Shown one piece after another: positions 11,438 to 25,290 of a stretch of 60,000 nt of DNA. Source of the stretch: Laetmonice hystrix. Lineage: Eukaryota. Positions within the stretch are counted from its first letter, which is position 1. Each line of letters begins with the position of its first letter. The stretch spans positions 11,038,001-11,098,000 of the forward strand of contig OZ249436.1 in assembly GCA_965235115.1 (NCBI GenBank), in the 5' to 3' direction. The position numbers and the translations under genes were made by a program. The notes below the pieces were generated by a model. The model saw only the letters and a program-made list of their open reading frames with translations, had not been told where the DNA came from and made no database searches.

Positions 11438-13679
11438 GGGAGGAGAGAAGGCGGTGTGGTCCAACAGTATACAAAATGTACCAGGTTATTTCACTCCAAA
11501 TCTGAGAAATACCCGGGACATCAGTTAAACCCCGTCGCACTAGTACATGATAAATCACAGGTTCGATTTTCTTACAGGATTTGATCGTCTAAACCCTGGG
11601 GTACAATTTATGATTCCTTGACAGCTTTGGGAATCAGGGATCTTCGGCCGACAAATTACTGCAATAAAGGAACGACTGGAGGCAAAATAATAAAATTGTG
11701 TCTAATAAGACTATGTCTGGAAAGAAATCCTCCAGTCTCAGATATAATACATTCAAGTCCATCATCAGTTGCCATGGTAACATAATCTATCTCTGAAATA
11801 CTTAGTAGATTAGGTTATGAATTTACGAACAGACTGGTGTGGGTTTTTATTCACACTGAGCCTTTGGGATGAAGTTTGGCAGAGGTGATTGATGAGGTGT
11901 TCTCAACAAATTAGAAGATGGCAGATTACTGAAACGTGGCTCGACTCAAACCAGCAAAACAGCCATACATTTCCCGTCCCAACTCACATTACCAAACTTT
12001 GAAAAAGTTTAATTAACACAATTCATGTGATATATAACAGACTCAAGAAAGACGTATCCATCTGAAGATATGGGGATTAGTGCTGGTACAGCAACTGTGT
12101 CTTATCTCCGGGTTGTTTTAATATAACCGTCAGACCTTAAATTATCAAACTATTTCCTGATCTTGATTAAAGTTCTCCGGAAAAAAAAGGACACACAGGA
12201 ATTTAATCCTGGTCACTTTGTTTCCTGAGATGAAACCAACCCTAAATGCTGTTTCGGGGGGGGGGGGGGGGGGGGGGGTTTAACAAACGCAAACTGCGTT
12301 TTTCGCCAACCTGCTGAAAGTAACAGAAAAAGCCAGGAGGTCCAACTCCGAGTAAAGACTCACCAAACCATCCTGTCAGTCAGTGGCTGTTATTCAGACA
12401 CAGGTCTTCCTGGCTGACCTACATGTACAGTTCCATGGTTGCCACGGTTGTATATGTCCGGACTTTCATGACTTCATACCGTCCACATACACCACTCCCT
12501 GCCAACACTCAGTCCAAACCTGCCTCAGTATGTACGACGTTCCCAAGACAAAGATCTGACCCGTTATTCCCTGGCCGATGTTTTGGTGCTGTCAGTCTCT
12601 GAGTGACATGAAAGTGTCCACGTAAAGGTTCCTGTGACCCACAAATACAGGAGGAGGCCTTGTTAAATGAACTTCTCTCCGCCTCGGCCCAACAATGGCA
12701 CCTATCCAGGTCAGCCAGGCAGACATCAAACACATGAATCCACACCGTCTCATCCGACCAGCATACACACACATACAGGTAACAATATCTACTGCTGTAT
12801 GGTGGAGAACCTGCGGCGATAATAACACATCATATAATAAAATTTAATTGGGTCAAATGACGTGAGGAAACAGTGAAATGGGTATTGATCATATCATGTA
12901 GTCTGGCGCCTGTTTCCGCAGAGTGGGTGAAAAAAAAACAGGGAATGTGCCACTTCATCAAAAATCAGAGGCTGAATTACACTACACAGTATGTGGTTTT
13001 TACCGGCAGCTTCAGCTACCGTATGAATAATATATACCCAGTCCACGACCTGCCGATTCAAAAACCAACAGTGCTGAACTATTAATAAAAAGAAAGTAAT
13101 GGAATCGATGTGGCCACAGCTGTTTAAGGTCAAAGGTCTCAGCAGCTGCTGAACTCAGAAGTCATCACAAAAATCGCATTCCAGAGGCTCTGAGCTCATA
13201 TGGACAAACTATGTGCCCATTGTTAGCATCCCGCCGGCGACTAGAGGTACATAGCTGTCATTTCCCACATCATATAGGTATCTATAGCCGCATTAATCAT
13301 CCACATGACAGGGCCCTGGGCAGGTTAACGGTCAGGGGACGGTCAGTGCTACCTCTGACCACTGGACGGGACCCGAACCTCACTACGGCATGGTGATCCC
13401 TTCACGTACCACAATACCAACGCTCAATAGGGTAGTTAAAAAAGTGTGAGATCTTAACAAATAACAACTGGGCAAATAAACCATCGTGATTTTATTTCTC
13501 CCTTTGGGGTTCCTTCCGCTTTCAATCTATAGTGCACGTGGTCTGACGTGAGGGTTTATAGCTCTCCTTTTGACAGGGCGGTCCAACTCTCCCTGTGACC
13601 CAGCCATTATCCTGTGTGGATTCATGAGCCGATTGCTACTGGATCCCTGCTCCAGATCTAGGACCGTGTCATGGGACCA

Positions 13680-14487
13680 TGTCGGCCTGTCATATCTCCA
13701 GGGCTGGTCCCGTGTCGGCCTGTCATATTATCTCCATGGCCGGTCGTATGACAGGTCGTATGACAGGTCGACACGGCTGGTCCCGTGTCGACCTGTCATA
13801 TCTCCAGGGCTGGTCCCGTGTCGGCCTGTCATATCTCCAGGGCTGACGCCGTGTCGGCCTGTCATATCTCCAGGGCTGAGGCCGTGTCCTGTCGGCCTGT
13901 CATATCTCCAGGGCCGATCCAGTGTCGACCTGTCATATCTCCTGGGCTGGGCCCGTGTCGGCCTGTCATATCTCCAGGGCTGGGCCCGTGTCGACCTATC
14001 ATATCTCCAGGGCTGGGCCCGTGTCGACCTATCATATCTCCAGGGCTGGGCCCGTGTCGGCCTGTCATATCTCCAGGTCCCGTGTCGGCCTGTCATATCT
14101 CCAGGGCTGGTCCCACGTCGACCTGTCATATCTCCAGGGCTGGGCCCGTGTCGACCTATCATATCTCCAGGGCTGGGCCCGTGTCGACCTATCATATCTC
14201 CAGGGCTGGGCCCGTGTCGGCCTATCATATCTCCAGGGCTGGGCCCGTGTCGGCCTGTCATATCTCCAGGGCTGGTCCCGTGTCGGCCTGTCATATCTCC
14301 AGGGCTGGGTCCGGGTCGGCCTGTCATATCTCCAGGGCTGGGTCCGGGTCGGCCTGTCATATCTCCAGGGCTGGTCCCGTGTCGGCCTGTCATATCTCCA
14401 GGGCTGGTCCCGTGTCGGCCTGTCATATCTCCAGGTCCCGTGTCGGCCTGTCATATCTCCAGGTCCCGTGTCGGCCTGTCATATCTC
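13680..14487. repeat. 33-bp minisatellite (~24 copies, some 28-bp variants)
   Basis: Tandem gtgtcggcctgtcatatctccagggctggtccc, with a locally inverted segment at 13747-13776. Confidence 0.95.
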
Positions 14488-14523
14488 AGACTTCTGTTTA
14501 CGTACAGTGCCACTTTTTTTTAC

Positions 14524-14636
14524 CAGGACCTGCTGGGTGGCAGCCACCGTCCAGACCGCCACGCCAGCCCAAGCAGGGTTTTATACGCACGTCTTATTAC
14601 CATGACTATGCAGGTGATCATCGCTCCCTGCGGCAT
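14524..14636 (-). CDS. Weak candidate alternative first coding exon (MPQGAMITCIV...PPSRS[W])
   Basis: ATG-initiated open frame of 37 codons + 2 nt ending TG|GTAAAA (phase 2). The donor is weak and this may be chance. Confidence 0.2.
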
Positions 14637-15449
14637 GGGGTAAAAACAGGGAAGGAGGGGGTGGTGTTAGCATAATCCTCCCCACCATGTCTCCTCAGGG
14701 GCGCCCCTGTCCGTGGATCTGCATAATTAACATGTCTGGTGAATGCTCATACTTGTGGTCGCCTTGCCGAGCTATTCCTGCTTGTGGTGAACCCTGTAAA
14801 CTAAACGTAACTCCCAGTTATAAACCCCTCTCAAACAGTCCCTACTTCTATGAAACTCACTCTGTGGGTCCTGGAAAAACATATTCTCCTAAATAAATAC
14901 ATAAATAAGTAAATTTTTATAATAACATCAGTACCGGTACTAATACTCCATCTCGTTAAAGTTGCTATGCTTTACCCGATATTGCATGAAGCACATCCGT
15001 TTTCCTTTACTAGTGCCTCCTGCTGCTGCGCGAAATCGGAATTCGACATACTTGGACTAATGACACAGCGTTTACCTCAAACAGTACTACAATGACGCCA
15101 ACATTTGCTATTAATGCAAGTTTCGTAGCAAAATCATGCCTTATCCATTAGCAGCTTCTACTTCAATGCGATCTATTTGACTGTCACTTATCCACACCAA
15201 TAATCCTCACTTCGCCATTGTGTTCGGTTGGCCACCATGCACTCTCAAGTGGAGGCACTCCCGTCTGCTCAGGTAATGATGGGCGCTCCTTCAGGTGCTC
15301 AGATTAATCATGGACTAATGGAACATCTGGATCCGGTGGGGTTAATACTCAGGATCATCCTCACCCGGGGGAAAAGTCACTCTTGACAATGATGTCATTA
15401 TCAAATAATTTATAATCCACAGAAATCACATGTGTTGGTCGCCACTTAA

Positions 15450-15789
15450 AGGTGCTATTCGTCTCGCACAGAATGGCATTTCTCCTATCATACATTGTGC
15501 ACATAGTACTAGAAAAAATTCCTACCGATACCATTGGCCTGATAAACCTTCTATTAGTTTGTGTGCAGCATTTGAAACCTATCTCGGTGCGCACCGAGAT
15601 AGAGCCATTTCCTATGGTGGGGCGTGTCAGGGTCTCCACAGGCCTTCTGAGAGAGCCCCATTTGTGCCGTTATCCATGAAAAATTTTGATTTCCTTTGTT
15701 GTGAATCTATTTCCATGATAGGTGGGATCACATAAACGTCAACAAAATTAAAAATAAAAACATTGAACTTTTTCTCACGAATAGCACCT
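15450..15789. mobile_element. Kolobok-like MITE (340 bp)
   Basis: TTAA on both sides (15446-15449, 15790-15793). 13-bp TIR AGGTGCTATTCGT / ACGAATAGCACCT. A purine-purine start with a TTAA TSD is the Kolobok pattern. Confidence 0.8.
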
Positions 15790-17455
15790 TTAAGAAAGTA
15801 CAAAAGTGTAACTTTAACACCGATTCTTGCTCTAAGTGGAGCCTATTTATAGAAACACCGACGGATTCAATGCCACTGTTAAATCTAAAAGATGTCACAA
15901 ATGAAACATTTTGACTCCTGTCCTTTTTTTTCAGTGGCCGCTAGCACAGACAAAATATCTCTACAGCGATCATTCCTTTAAATATTCACAGATCTTCCTA
16001 CTGCTTCACACTTCCACATAACACATAATGTGGACCAAACACTCATTTACAATACAGCGAATCTCCTCCAGCATACTTAAAGGTAGCATTATGTCAGTGA
16101 AAGTCATGCCCGCGGATATTTGGCACTTGTCCCACTTTTACACCCGACACAAGCAAACACACTATCCACTACTCTATCCAAATTCGTCGTACAAACAAAC
16201 ACCGTTAACAAGATTACCGTTAACCACCCTTTTAGACACACACATAATAATACTGTCGTACACACTAAACATAGGTCTGGACTACATTTCTCTGACTGAA
16301 CCTTCACTATGAAATCAACTGACAACATATTACATGTTGGTAGATTATTTTTTCAAGACCCAGGCAAGCTGTTCACTAGGTGGGAAAATGCAGGCCAATC
16401 ATGTCGAAAGGCATGCATTCATGGCCTCTACACTGAACATAAAAAACTTAAACTTCTATCCGTTTCTGTATCGTCCTTTTCATGAATATGAACATCACCC
16501 AGTACAACAACTGAAAGTAGCCAATTACCTGTCGCAATGGAAAGAAATAAAAGTTTTGGCAATCATGTTTACAACTACCAGTAAGCACCATCATTAGATG
16601 AGACATTCATAGATTACACAAGCCAGCGGGGGTAGATCAGATCACAAGATTCCACCTCCCCCCCCCCCCCTCAGCATGGTTTCACTGCTAACCTGACAAC
16701 TACCGCACGTCATCAGTACCGTCCCTGGCTCAATGCGCTCTGTCTGATAACATGATCATCTGATAGTAATTGCCACTAATGCCGGGGTTACACTGAATGA
16801 GGTAAACGGTGGGGCAGCCAGCACTGATTTACGTCATGAGACCAGAACAGTGGGCCCTGGCCTATATTCACCCTACATAGAGCCCTGGCATTATAACCAC
16901 CTCATCCTGCTCCCTGTTATATCTGGGGAATTACTATACGAGAAAAACAACGATCTTCAGAATAAAGTTCAAAACGGCACAACAGAAGTTGATATTTTTG
17001 AAATGTGAGTCTGAAGATCCAAACTTCTGATACCCGCTTGTATCTCAGAGATCTCGTCAAAAAAAAGCCAGACATGATTCCTTACTTAAGTCTTCGGTAG
17101 CCTGTACCTGCTCCAGTGTCTTGATAAGGTTTCAGCAGTGCAAGAGTGAAGATCTTCGTGAACTGCACAATGTAGTGTACACTTTCATCAGTGCACACTG
17201 ATTGACCACTACAGAGTGAAGATCTTTGTGCACTGCACAATGTATAGTGTACACTGAAATCACGTCCAATGGTTGGTTGGTTTCAACCTTATCGGTAAAG
17301 TGTACCGTACGATTAAAACTGTTCCTGGAGCTATCCAGTACATTCTGAGAAGCACTGGAGCCCACATTATCCTCCCCCAGTCTCCCATCACCTGCTAACA
17401 CAACCATGATCCCATGACAGCCGTGGATTCCGAGACAAGGACAGACTTTACGTAC

Positions 17456-17499
17456 GTGTTCGTCTCCGGCGACGGTTCCAGCACGTCGGCGGCTGCCAT
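17456..17499 (-). CDS. Candidate alternative first coding exon (MAAADVLEPSPETN[T])
   Basis: Acceptor tgtctgtgacag (17514-17513), Kozak-like GCCATGG, 14 codons + 2 nt, donor AC|GTACGT (phase 2). Confidence 0.55.
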
Positions 17500-18946
17500 G
17501 GCTCGACACTGCCTGTCACAGACACGTCAGCCGTTCTAGTCAAACCATAATCTGGTGACAGCTCTACATCACGCCAGTCCCGACCCTACACTTAATGACG
17601 CAGACCGTGTCAGTAGTACACATTTACACCGTTTACCCGCACTCACTGTCAACCCCGCCACATACCAATATTCATCATTTTGTTTTTTCTTTCATTCTCT
17701 CCCTCGCCCTGAGGAATCCTACAAGATCCTTGCGTTCATCTAATTGCGTTCTTTTTCTGTCGGCTGAGAAGTTGTCATACTATTCTGAGGGTTAACATTG
17801 AAGTTTGTAAGGGACATCAGCACTCTTATATAAACACAGAAGAAAGACATGGACAGTTTACATGCATGGGTATTTCCGAAACTTACCCCGAGCTAAACAT
17901 GATCCAAATAGGTTTACATGTACATGTACTAGCATTTCCTATCTGGGCTCCTGGTCAGAAAGCCCATTCAAATGTACAATAGTGCCGTCTGAATCTGGTG
18001 AAACGGTAGCCGTGTTTCTCATGCAAGCGTCTACAGCAATTGCCTGTTAGCAACGGTCCGTCCATAGATCTATGGTGCGACTTGCCCGTGCAGCAGTAAC
18101 AGAGCACACACTGAAGAAGAACTCCAGCCCCCTACGCTTCAACTACTTCAGTTGCATATGTATTTTTCAACCCCTGCATGCATGCCTTGTCAACATAACT
18201 CTTCTACTTTCCTGTTTTCTTATTTACCCAACGCTCCCCCAAAAAACATAAAGCTCCCCTCCAAACCAATCCACAACGTGTGAATTTATTCAAGTCTTCA
18301 AATACATGTCCTTCCTATTACATGTCGCTGTTAAAATATTAGCAATAATCCAGTTGAACAGTAGAGACATCTGTCACATCAGTAGATCGGCTGTGCGCAG
18401 TGAGGTCTCATGTTACTTTATTGAACTTTCCCCTTGTATAATGTACAAAGTCTATAACGGCGACCTACCCCCTCCCACTGTACCATTCTGTATACCCAGG
18501 AACGTGTGACGTTCTTACCTCCTTCCGACCTCAACACTCGCCTAACGTTGGATTAAGTTGGCAACCTAATATTTTACTTTCAATATTTACAGCTGGAAGA
18601 TTCCAAATCAGATCAATTAGAAAAGAAGCACCCCATAGCAGTCCGTCGTGGTTATTACTAATATTACAGAAAGTTTAAAAAAGAAAAAGCATTCAAAAGT
18701 AGGCCAATTGGGTTGGGATGGGTTAAGTCGGCTTTCGTTATTTTTTTTCATTTTCAAAAGGTATACGCAGTGCCAGACTTGATCTGTAAGGTAAACATTC
18801 AGAAAAAAAATCTGGTTCATGGTTGTTGGGTAGCTTAGGGTAATGAGAGGGTGCAGGGACAGCAATTGTGCCAGTTTTCTCACGGACATTCCACAGGATA
18901 ATGTCACTGGTGATGTTGATGTTAACCGTTAGTTGTGGACGCTTAC

Positions 18947-19053
18947 CAGATGGTCCCTGAAGGCGCGCTGGCACTGGTGTAGAGCAGCATCATTGTCGGC
19001 TCTTCCCCCATCCCCGCCGTCCTCGGCGTCACCACTGTTGTCATGGTATCCAT
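18947..19053 (-). CDS. Candidate alternative first coding exon (MDTMTTVVTPRTAGMGEEPTMMLLYTSASAPSGTI[W]); the frame is open further upstream to an acceptor at 19162-19161
   Basis: Strong donor TG|GTAAGC (phase 2) and GC3-rich codons. The ORF-track entry 18943..19170 ends exactly in the donor. A second frame is also open, so the frame is inferred from phase consistency. Confidence 0.55.
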
Positions 19054-19415
19054 GCTCACCAAAAATATCAGATGGTAAAAATACTCTACGGGGACATATC
19101 TGTTGTGTGCCTGCAGCTCGAGCTGTCCCTGGCCCTCACCGTCGACTGTCAGGACATCCGCTACAGACACGCCTCAATCCACATGAGCGAACCCTCACAG
19201 GCTCAAGGACCCAGCGCAGCCACAAACTGTGCTATCTTACTTCTCGAGTGTAACACAACTGCCTCTGGTGTAGGGCGTTATGATCCGTACCCCACGCCTT
19301 CTGAAGTCTATCCTCCTGGGTAAGGTGGGCGCTTAATCTTCCCGCTCCGACACGCCTGAGTCGGCGTCAGTGTCGGGGCAACATCAGGTGCACATCTTGG
19401 TATTCGCTGACTGAC

Positions 19416-19474
19416 CAATCTGATGGTGGTCCAGTGAACTCCTGGCCGTACCCGGTATCTACTGCCTCGTTCAT
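19416..19474 (-). CDS. Candidate alternative first coding exon (MNEAVDTGYGQEFTGPPSD[W])
   Basis: Acceptor ttcttacctgtag at 19542-19541, 19 codons + 2 nt, donor TG|GTCAGT (phase 2). Lies downstream of the TATA/Inr at 19994/19964. Confidence 0.5.
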
Positions 19475-19961
19475 CGTAATGTATGTATGGTCCCAGGTAG
19501 GAGCGCGCTGGTATGCTCCAATTCCCAGGCTCACTGCCTACTACAGGTAAGAAACAATGTGACCGAGTGGAAGACTGTGAATGCCTGCCCGTGGTTTACT
19601 GTCTATAGACTGACTGACAGAGAAGACTGACTGACAGAGACCGTCTTGAGTTGAACCTGGTAGGCCTGGCATGTCATATTGCCAACCTTGCCAGGCTCTC
19701 CCACGCTGACAGCATGTGCATCGCGCCAAACATGTGCATACAAACATGTGACTGGATCGGAGGAGGCGGCAGCGGGCGGGCGGGGGGGGGGGGGGGGGGC
19801 TGTCGGTCCTTGCTGACCACGTGGTGGTGGGACGTTCTCTTCAGTCAGTGTTCCACTGTTTTCTCCGCCCCCATTCCAGCGCGGCTCCTCCGGGTCCGCA
19901 CTCCACCTGGGATCTCCCCCAGGTAGCCTCAGGTGGTTGCTGACTGCATGCCAGAGGGGAT

Positions 19962-19994
19962 ACTGACCTGACTTCTCTGAGTGGTGTATTTATA
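19962..19994 (-). promoter_or_regulatory. TATA box + initiator core promoter (predicted TSS ~19964)
   Basis: TATAAA starts at 19994. The A of the TCAGT initiator lies exactly 30 nt downstream. Confidence 0.55.
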
Positions 19995-20174
19995 GAAGGC
20001 ACCCCCACCCTTGACATTCTCCCCACCCTACCCCCGGCGGGATCCATTGTGTGTGGGGGTTGTCGTATTACATCCTCCAACAATCGGCAGTGTTATAAGT
20101 ACACTGACCCCCGCTTGGTCAGCAGTGTCCTCTGTCCGGACACGGCTTCCATTCCTCTCACCCAATATTTACTC

Positions 20175-20200
20175 ACTCACCTGGGAAGATCAAAGAAAAT
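20175..20200 (-). other. Candidate recursive splice site (zero-length exon)
   Basis: attttctttgatcttcccAG|GTGAGT: a polypyrimidine acceptor (AG 20182-20181) directly fused to a consensus donor. Confidence 0.55.
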
Positions 20201-20395
20201 GTAGCCACACAGGTTTTCCCTGTCCCTTTGCATTCTCCAATAAAATTATTCGGGAGGGCAATGCTTTTTCTTTGAGTCATAAGAAAGAAAGGACCATAGT
20301 CAATGTTTAAATATTCTCTCGTTGGGCAAAACTAGACTAGACACTGATGCAAACATCTATTTTTCACCAGCTCAATGTTAGCATTCTCACAAGGA

Positions 20396-20716
20396 CAGAA
20401 CCCGCTTACATGTACCATTTAAAGAGGCGGTATCTCTGGCTGCAAGTACCCTGCCCTGGTACCCAATGTGTGAGGCAGAACCCGCTTACATGTACCATTT
20501 AAAGAGGCGGTTTCTCTGGCTGCAAGTACCCTGCCCTGGTACCCAATGTGTGAGGCAGAACCCGCTTACATGTACCATTTAAAGAGGCGGTTTCTCTGGC
20601 TGCAAGTACCCTGCCCTGGTACCCAATGTGTGAGGCAGAACCCGCTTACATGTACCATTTAAAGAGGCGGTTTCTCTCGCCGCAAGTACCCTGCCCTGGT
20701 ACCCAATGTGTGAGGC
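20396..20716. repeat. 80-bp tandem repeat, 4 near-identical copies
   Basis: cagaacccgcttacatgtacc... recurs at 20396, 20476, 20556 and 20636. Confidence 0.95.
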
Positions 20717-22806
20717 TGCCTTCAGCAATCTCTTCCTGATCTACAGCCTCCACGTCACACCCCAGTCACCGGTCTCCACGTAAATCCCGCCTGAAAACAT
20801 AATCTGATGAAAAACGTCGACAGATCGGACATGACCGGTGTCTTTATGCAGGAGCCCGGAACTCATATCTTAACGGCAAAAACTCATAAAGCCCTTTTGT
20901 GTGCAGTGAATGGGGCCCGGTCGTAACAATTTCGGCGACCCAATCTCGTGCTAACGACGTCGAGGCACCAAATCGGAAGAGTGTGTCCCCACCCCAACTT
21001 TCATATAATACCCACAGACGACAGCACAGTTGGGTAAAGTGTTTGAGTTATTCATAAACCAAGGTTACATTGAGATAAATGATTACAATTCGCTGTGCCC
21101 TTGTTCCTAGTCTACCTGCCGTCTGACTCGGTCAGGGTCGTAACCTATACGTGGTCGTTAAGGCCCTAGCCACACACTTCCCACCATTGACGACATCTTC
21201 ATTGTCTGTCCAATGCTGACACAATATCAGTTTATTGGCAACAATACCCGCGCTTTATGTGATAGAATTTATTTTACGACTTTACACAAATCACTTATTT
21301 TTTTGTTGCACAAGTTTATTGTTACCACTACTGTTTTTCCTCTTGACAATTTCTGTAGACCAGCTCATTAAAGTCAGTACATCGGCCTCTCATTAGATCT
21401 AATGCTTTACTTAGCCGCATTTTCCTCACAGGGATAAGCCCGTCGTTAAATACACTTCTATTTTTAGATTAACTTGTATGGCCACTGCAATGAACGTAGC
21501 CAGAAAAGGTTACTCGAAACACGTAAAAAGGGTATTTACTTATGATTTTTCTATCTCTACTGACCTGCTGTCTACTGTTTGTAAATTAACCTAAGCCCGA
21601 CAGATTCCGTTCGAGGCAAACATGTTACCCTTGGATGACAGAACCATGACGATTTTCACGATTCTCTAAAATTGTCACTACATGCTGGTTCCCCAGGCAG
21701 GGTCCGCTATGGTGATACGTGTACATGATACGTGATGTGGAAAGCTACATGCTGGGCATGCGTTCCCGAGATCGTGCCACTGGGTACAATTTACATCCAT
21801 CCATTACCCCAGGGATGATACGGGCTGCTAGAGAGGGCTAGTTACCCCATAGGTATGCCAATAACATACCCGCAGTGAAGGGTAAGCCGGGAGGCCTTTA
21901 AAACAAGCATCGTTTAATGGCACCGTAAACTGTGTCATGTGAGGCGTAACTTTAAAACCTTGACACCTGACACAACTAATCCTCTAAGTCAACGTTAAAT
22001 AATAAATTACTACTATTTGTAATGTACCGGAACATCAAAGCCTCTGTATTATACATCGTGTCTGTACCTCCAAAGTTTCACTTTGTTTGGATGTAATGAG
22101 GCTAACCGTTGAGTACCGAAGCGATTAAACTGCTGGGTTTAACGTTCATACATATTACACGAGGATCAACCAGAACCAGGCACGGTCCCAAGCCACACAG
22201 ACGGCATCCATACATTGCTCCATTTCCACGACAGGTGCTCCATTTCCTGGACAGTGCCTCCTGAAGAGGGCGGGATTCAGTACAGTTACAGGCAATCTTT
22301 GATGGAGTCGTCACCAGCAGTGTGGTCTGTGATCAAACAAGTCTGTCCTCCTCACTGCAGCCATCCCAGAGGACAACATCCCAACATCCCTGAATAAAAG
22401 TCCTCCTCCTCCCGTAACACTGGCCCTACGTGACCGCCGACACTGGCACCAATATATCCTGCCCCAGTAACCAGCTGGCATCAGTCCCCTGCAGGACCTC
22501 ATGGGCATCCTCCCCAGGATCCCAATCCTCCAGCTTATTTGATCGTTAACTAGGTACAGGTATAGACGCAGCATCACAAACCTTGATTACTGCACCAGAC
22601 AGCCACATAAAAAGAAAGGTCTTTTGTAGCCCGACCTCCATTAGAGACTGTGACGGGATGATGTCAGGCAACCTCTGTGAAGATGGAGGTTTCTCTCTGA
22701 AGTTGACTCCCATCTCTCACCCACAACATCACCAAGACATCACCAAGTCACCTACCTTCAGCGCTGGGAACACATTACGTACATACAGAAAGGCGTGGCT
22801 GCGGAT

Positions 22807-22840
22807 ACTTACCTACAAAAGAAACAAAACGAGAAGACAT
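22807..22840 (-). other. Candidate recursive splice site
   Basis: tcttctcgttttgtttcttttgtAG|GTAAGT (AG 22814-22813). A downstream donor AAG|GTAGGT would define a 57-nt cryptic exon at 22756-22812. Confidence 0.65.
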
Positions 22841-23215
22841 TAATAAATGATTATTTAAACAAACTATACATATAATATAGAACAAATCAACAATGGAATC
22901 AATGGAAGTGGGAGACTTCCCATTTAGCGCCCACAGTATTATACGAACATTCCACAGTAATTTTGGCCTTCATTGAACTAAGGCCAGTTTCTCAGTCGGA
23001 TCTTCAGGACACAACTTACATCTCATCCTCATACATAAAACTCATAAAAACCAGTACTAGAAACCTAACGATAGAACGGTTAGAGAGGGAATCTCTGAGA
23101 GATACTCACTCTCCCATTATAATTGTGTGTCTACCCTAATCAAACTGTGTGTCCAACTTTGATGTAAACTCTCGATATCGTACAGTTAGCCCATGAGGTG
23201 ATTGACACTTTGTCC

Positions 23216-25290
23216 TCTACCACTAACACTGACTGAACGAGGTGTGATAGTTCGGGTTCTACCACTAACACTGACTGAACGAGGTGTGATGGTTCGGGTT
23301 CTACCACTAACACTGACTGACAGAGGTGTGATGGTTCGGGTTCTACCACTAACACTGACTGAACGAGGTGTGATGGTTCGGGTTCTACCACTAACACTAA
23401 CTGACAGAGGTGTGATGGTTCGGGTTCTACCACTAACACTGACTGACAGAGGTGTGATGGTTCGGGTTCTACCACTGACACTGACTGAACGAGGTGTGAT
23501 GGTTCGGGTTCTACCACTAACACTGACTGAACGAGGTGTGATGGTTCGGGTTCTACCACTAACACTAACTGACAGAGGTGTGATGGTTCGGGTTCTACCA
23601 CTAACACTAACTGACAGAGGTGTGATGGTTCGGGTTCTACCACTAACACTGACTGAACGAGGTGTGATGGTTCGGGTTCTACCACTAACACTGACTGAAC
23701 GAGGTGTGATGGTTCGGGTTCTACCACTAACACTGACTGAACGAGGTGTGATGGTTCGGGTTCTACCACTAACACTGACTGAACGAGGTGTGATAGTTCG
23801 GGTTCTACCACTAACACTGACTGAACGAGGTGTGATGGTTCGGGTACCACTAACACTGACTGAACGAGGTGTGATGGTTCGGGTTCTACCACTAACACTG
23901 ACTGAACGAGGTGTGATAGTTCGGGTTCTACCACTAACACTGACTGAACGAGGTGTGATGGTTCGGGTTCTACCACTAACACTGACTGAGCGAGGTGTGA
24001 TGGTTCAAGTTCTACCACTAACTGACTGAACGAGGTGTGATGGTTCGGGTTCTACCACTAACACTGACTGAACGAGGTGTGATGGTTCAGGTTCTACCAC
24101 TAACACTGACTGAACGAGGTGTGATGGTTCGGGTTCTACCACTAACACTGACTGAACGAGGTGTGATGGTTCGGGTTCTACCACTAACACTGACTGAACG
24201 AGGTGTGATGGTTCGGGTTCTACCACTAACACTGACTGAACGAGGTGTGATGGTTCGGGTTCTACCACTAACACTGACTGAACGAGGTGTGATGGTTCGG
24301 GTTCTACCACTAACACTGACTGAACGAGGTGTGATAGTTCGGGTTCTACCACTAACACTGACTGAACGAGGTGTGATAGTTCGGGTTCTACCACTAACAC
24401 TGACTGAACGAGGTGTGATAGTGATGGTTCTACCACTAACACTGACTGAACGAGGTGTGATGGTTCGGGTTCTACCACTAACACTGACTGAACGAGGTGT
24501 GATGGTTCGGGTTCTACCACTAACACTGACTGAACGAGGTGTGATGGTTCGGGTACCACTAACACTGACTGAACGAGGTGTGATGGTTCGGGTTCTACCA
24601 CTAACACTGACTGAACGAGGTGTGATAGTTCGGGTTCTACCACTAACTGACTGAACGAGGTGTGATGGTTCGGGTTCTACCACTAACACTGACTGAACGA
24701 GGTGTGATAGTTCGGGTTCTACCAGTAACACTGACTGAACGAGGTGTGATGGTTCGGGTTCTACCACTAACACTGACTGAACGAGGTGTGATGGTTCGGG
24801 TTCTACCACTAACACTGACTGACAGAGGTGTGATGGTTCGGGTTCTACCACTGACACTGACTGACAGAGGTGTGATGGTTCGGGTTCTACCACTGACACT
24901 GACTGACAGAGGTGTGATGGTTCGGGTTCTACCACTAACACTGACTGACAGAGGTGTGATGGTTCGGGTTCTACCACTAACACTGACTGAACGAGGTGTG
25001 ATGGTTCGGGTTCTACCACTAACTGACTGAACGAGGTGTGATGGTTCGGGTTCTACCACTAACACTGACTGAACGAGGTGTGATGGTTCGGGTTCTACCA
25101 CTAGCTGACTGAACGAGGTGTGATGGTTCGGGTTCTACCACTAACACTGACTGAACGAGGTGTGATGGTTCGGGTTCTACCACTAACACTGACTGAACGA
25201 GGTGTGATGGTTCGGGTTCTACCACTAACACTGACTGAACGAGGTGTGATGGTTCGGGTTCTACCACTAACACTGACTGAACGAGGTGTG
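23216..25290. repeat. 42-bp minisatellite (~49 copies; shorter variants)
   Basis: Tandem ttcgggttctaccactaacactgactgaacgaggtgtgatgg, giving 14-aa periodic ORFs. Confidence 0.97.

Noticed and set aside
13570..14675. Overlapping 230-357-aa ORFs
   Set aside because: 33-bp minisatellite open in most frames, so an artefact.
22311..22577. ORF ending TG|GTGACG as another phase-2 first exon
   Set aside because: The donor consensus is too weak and there is no supporting promoter or acceptor.
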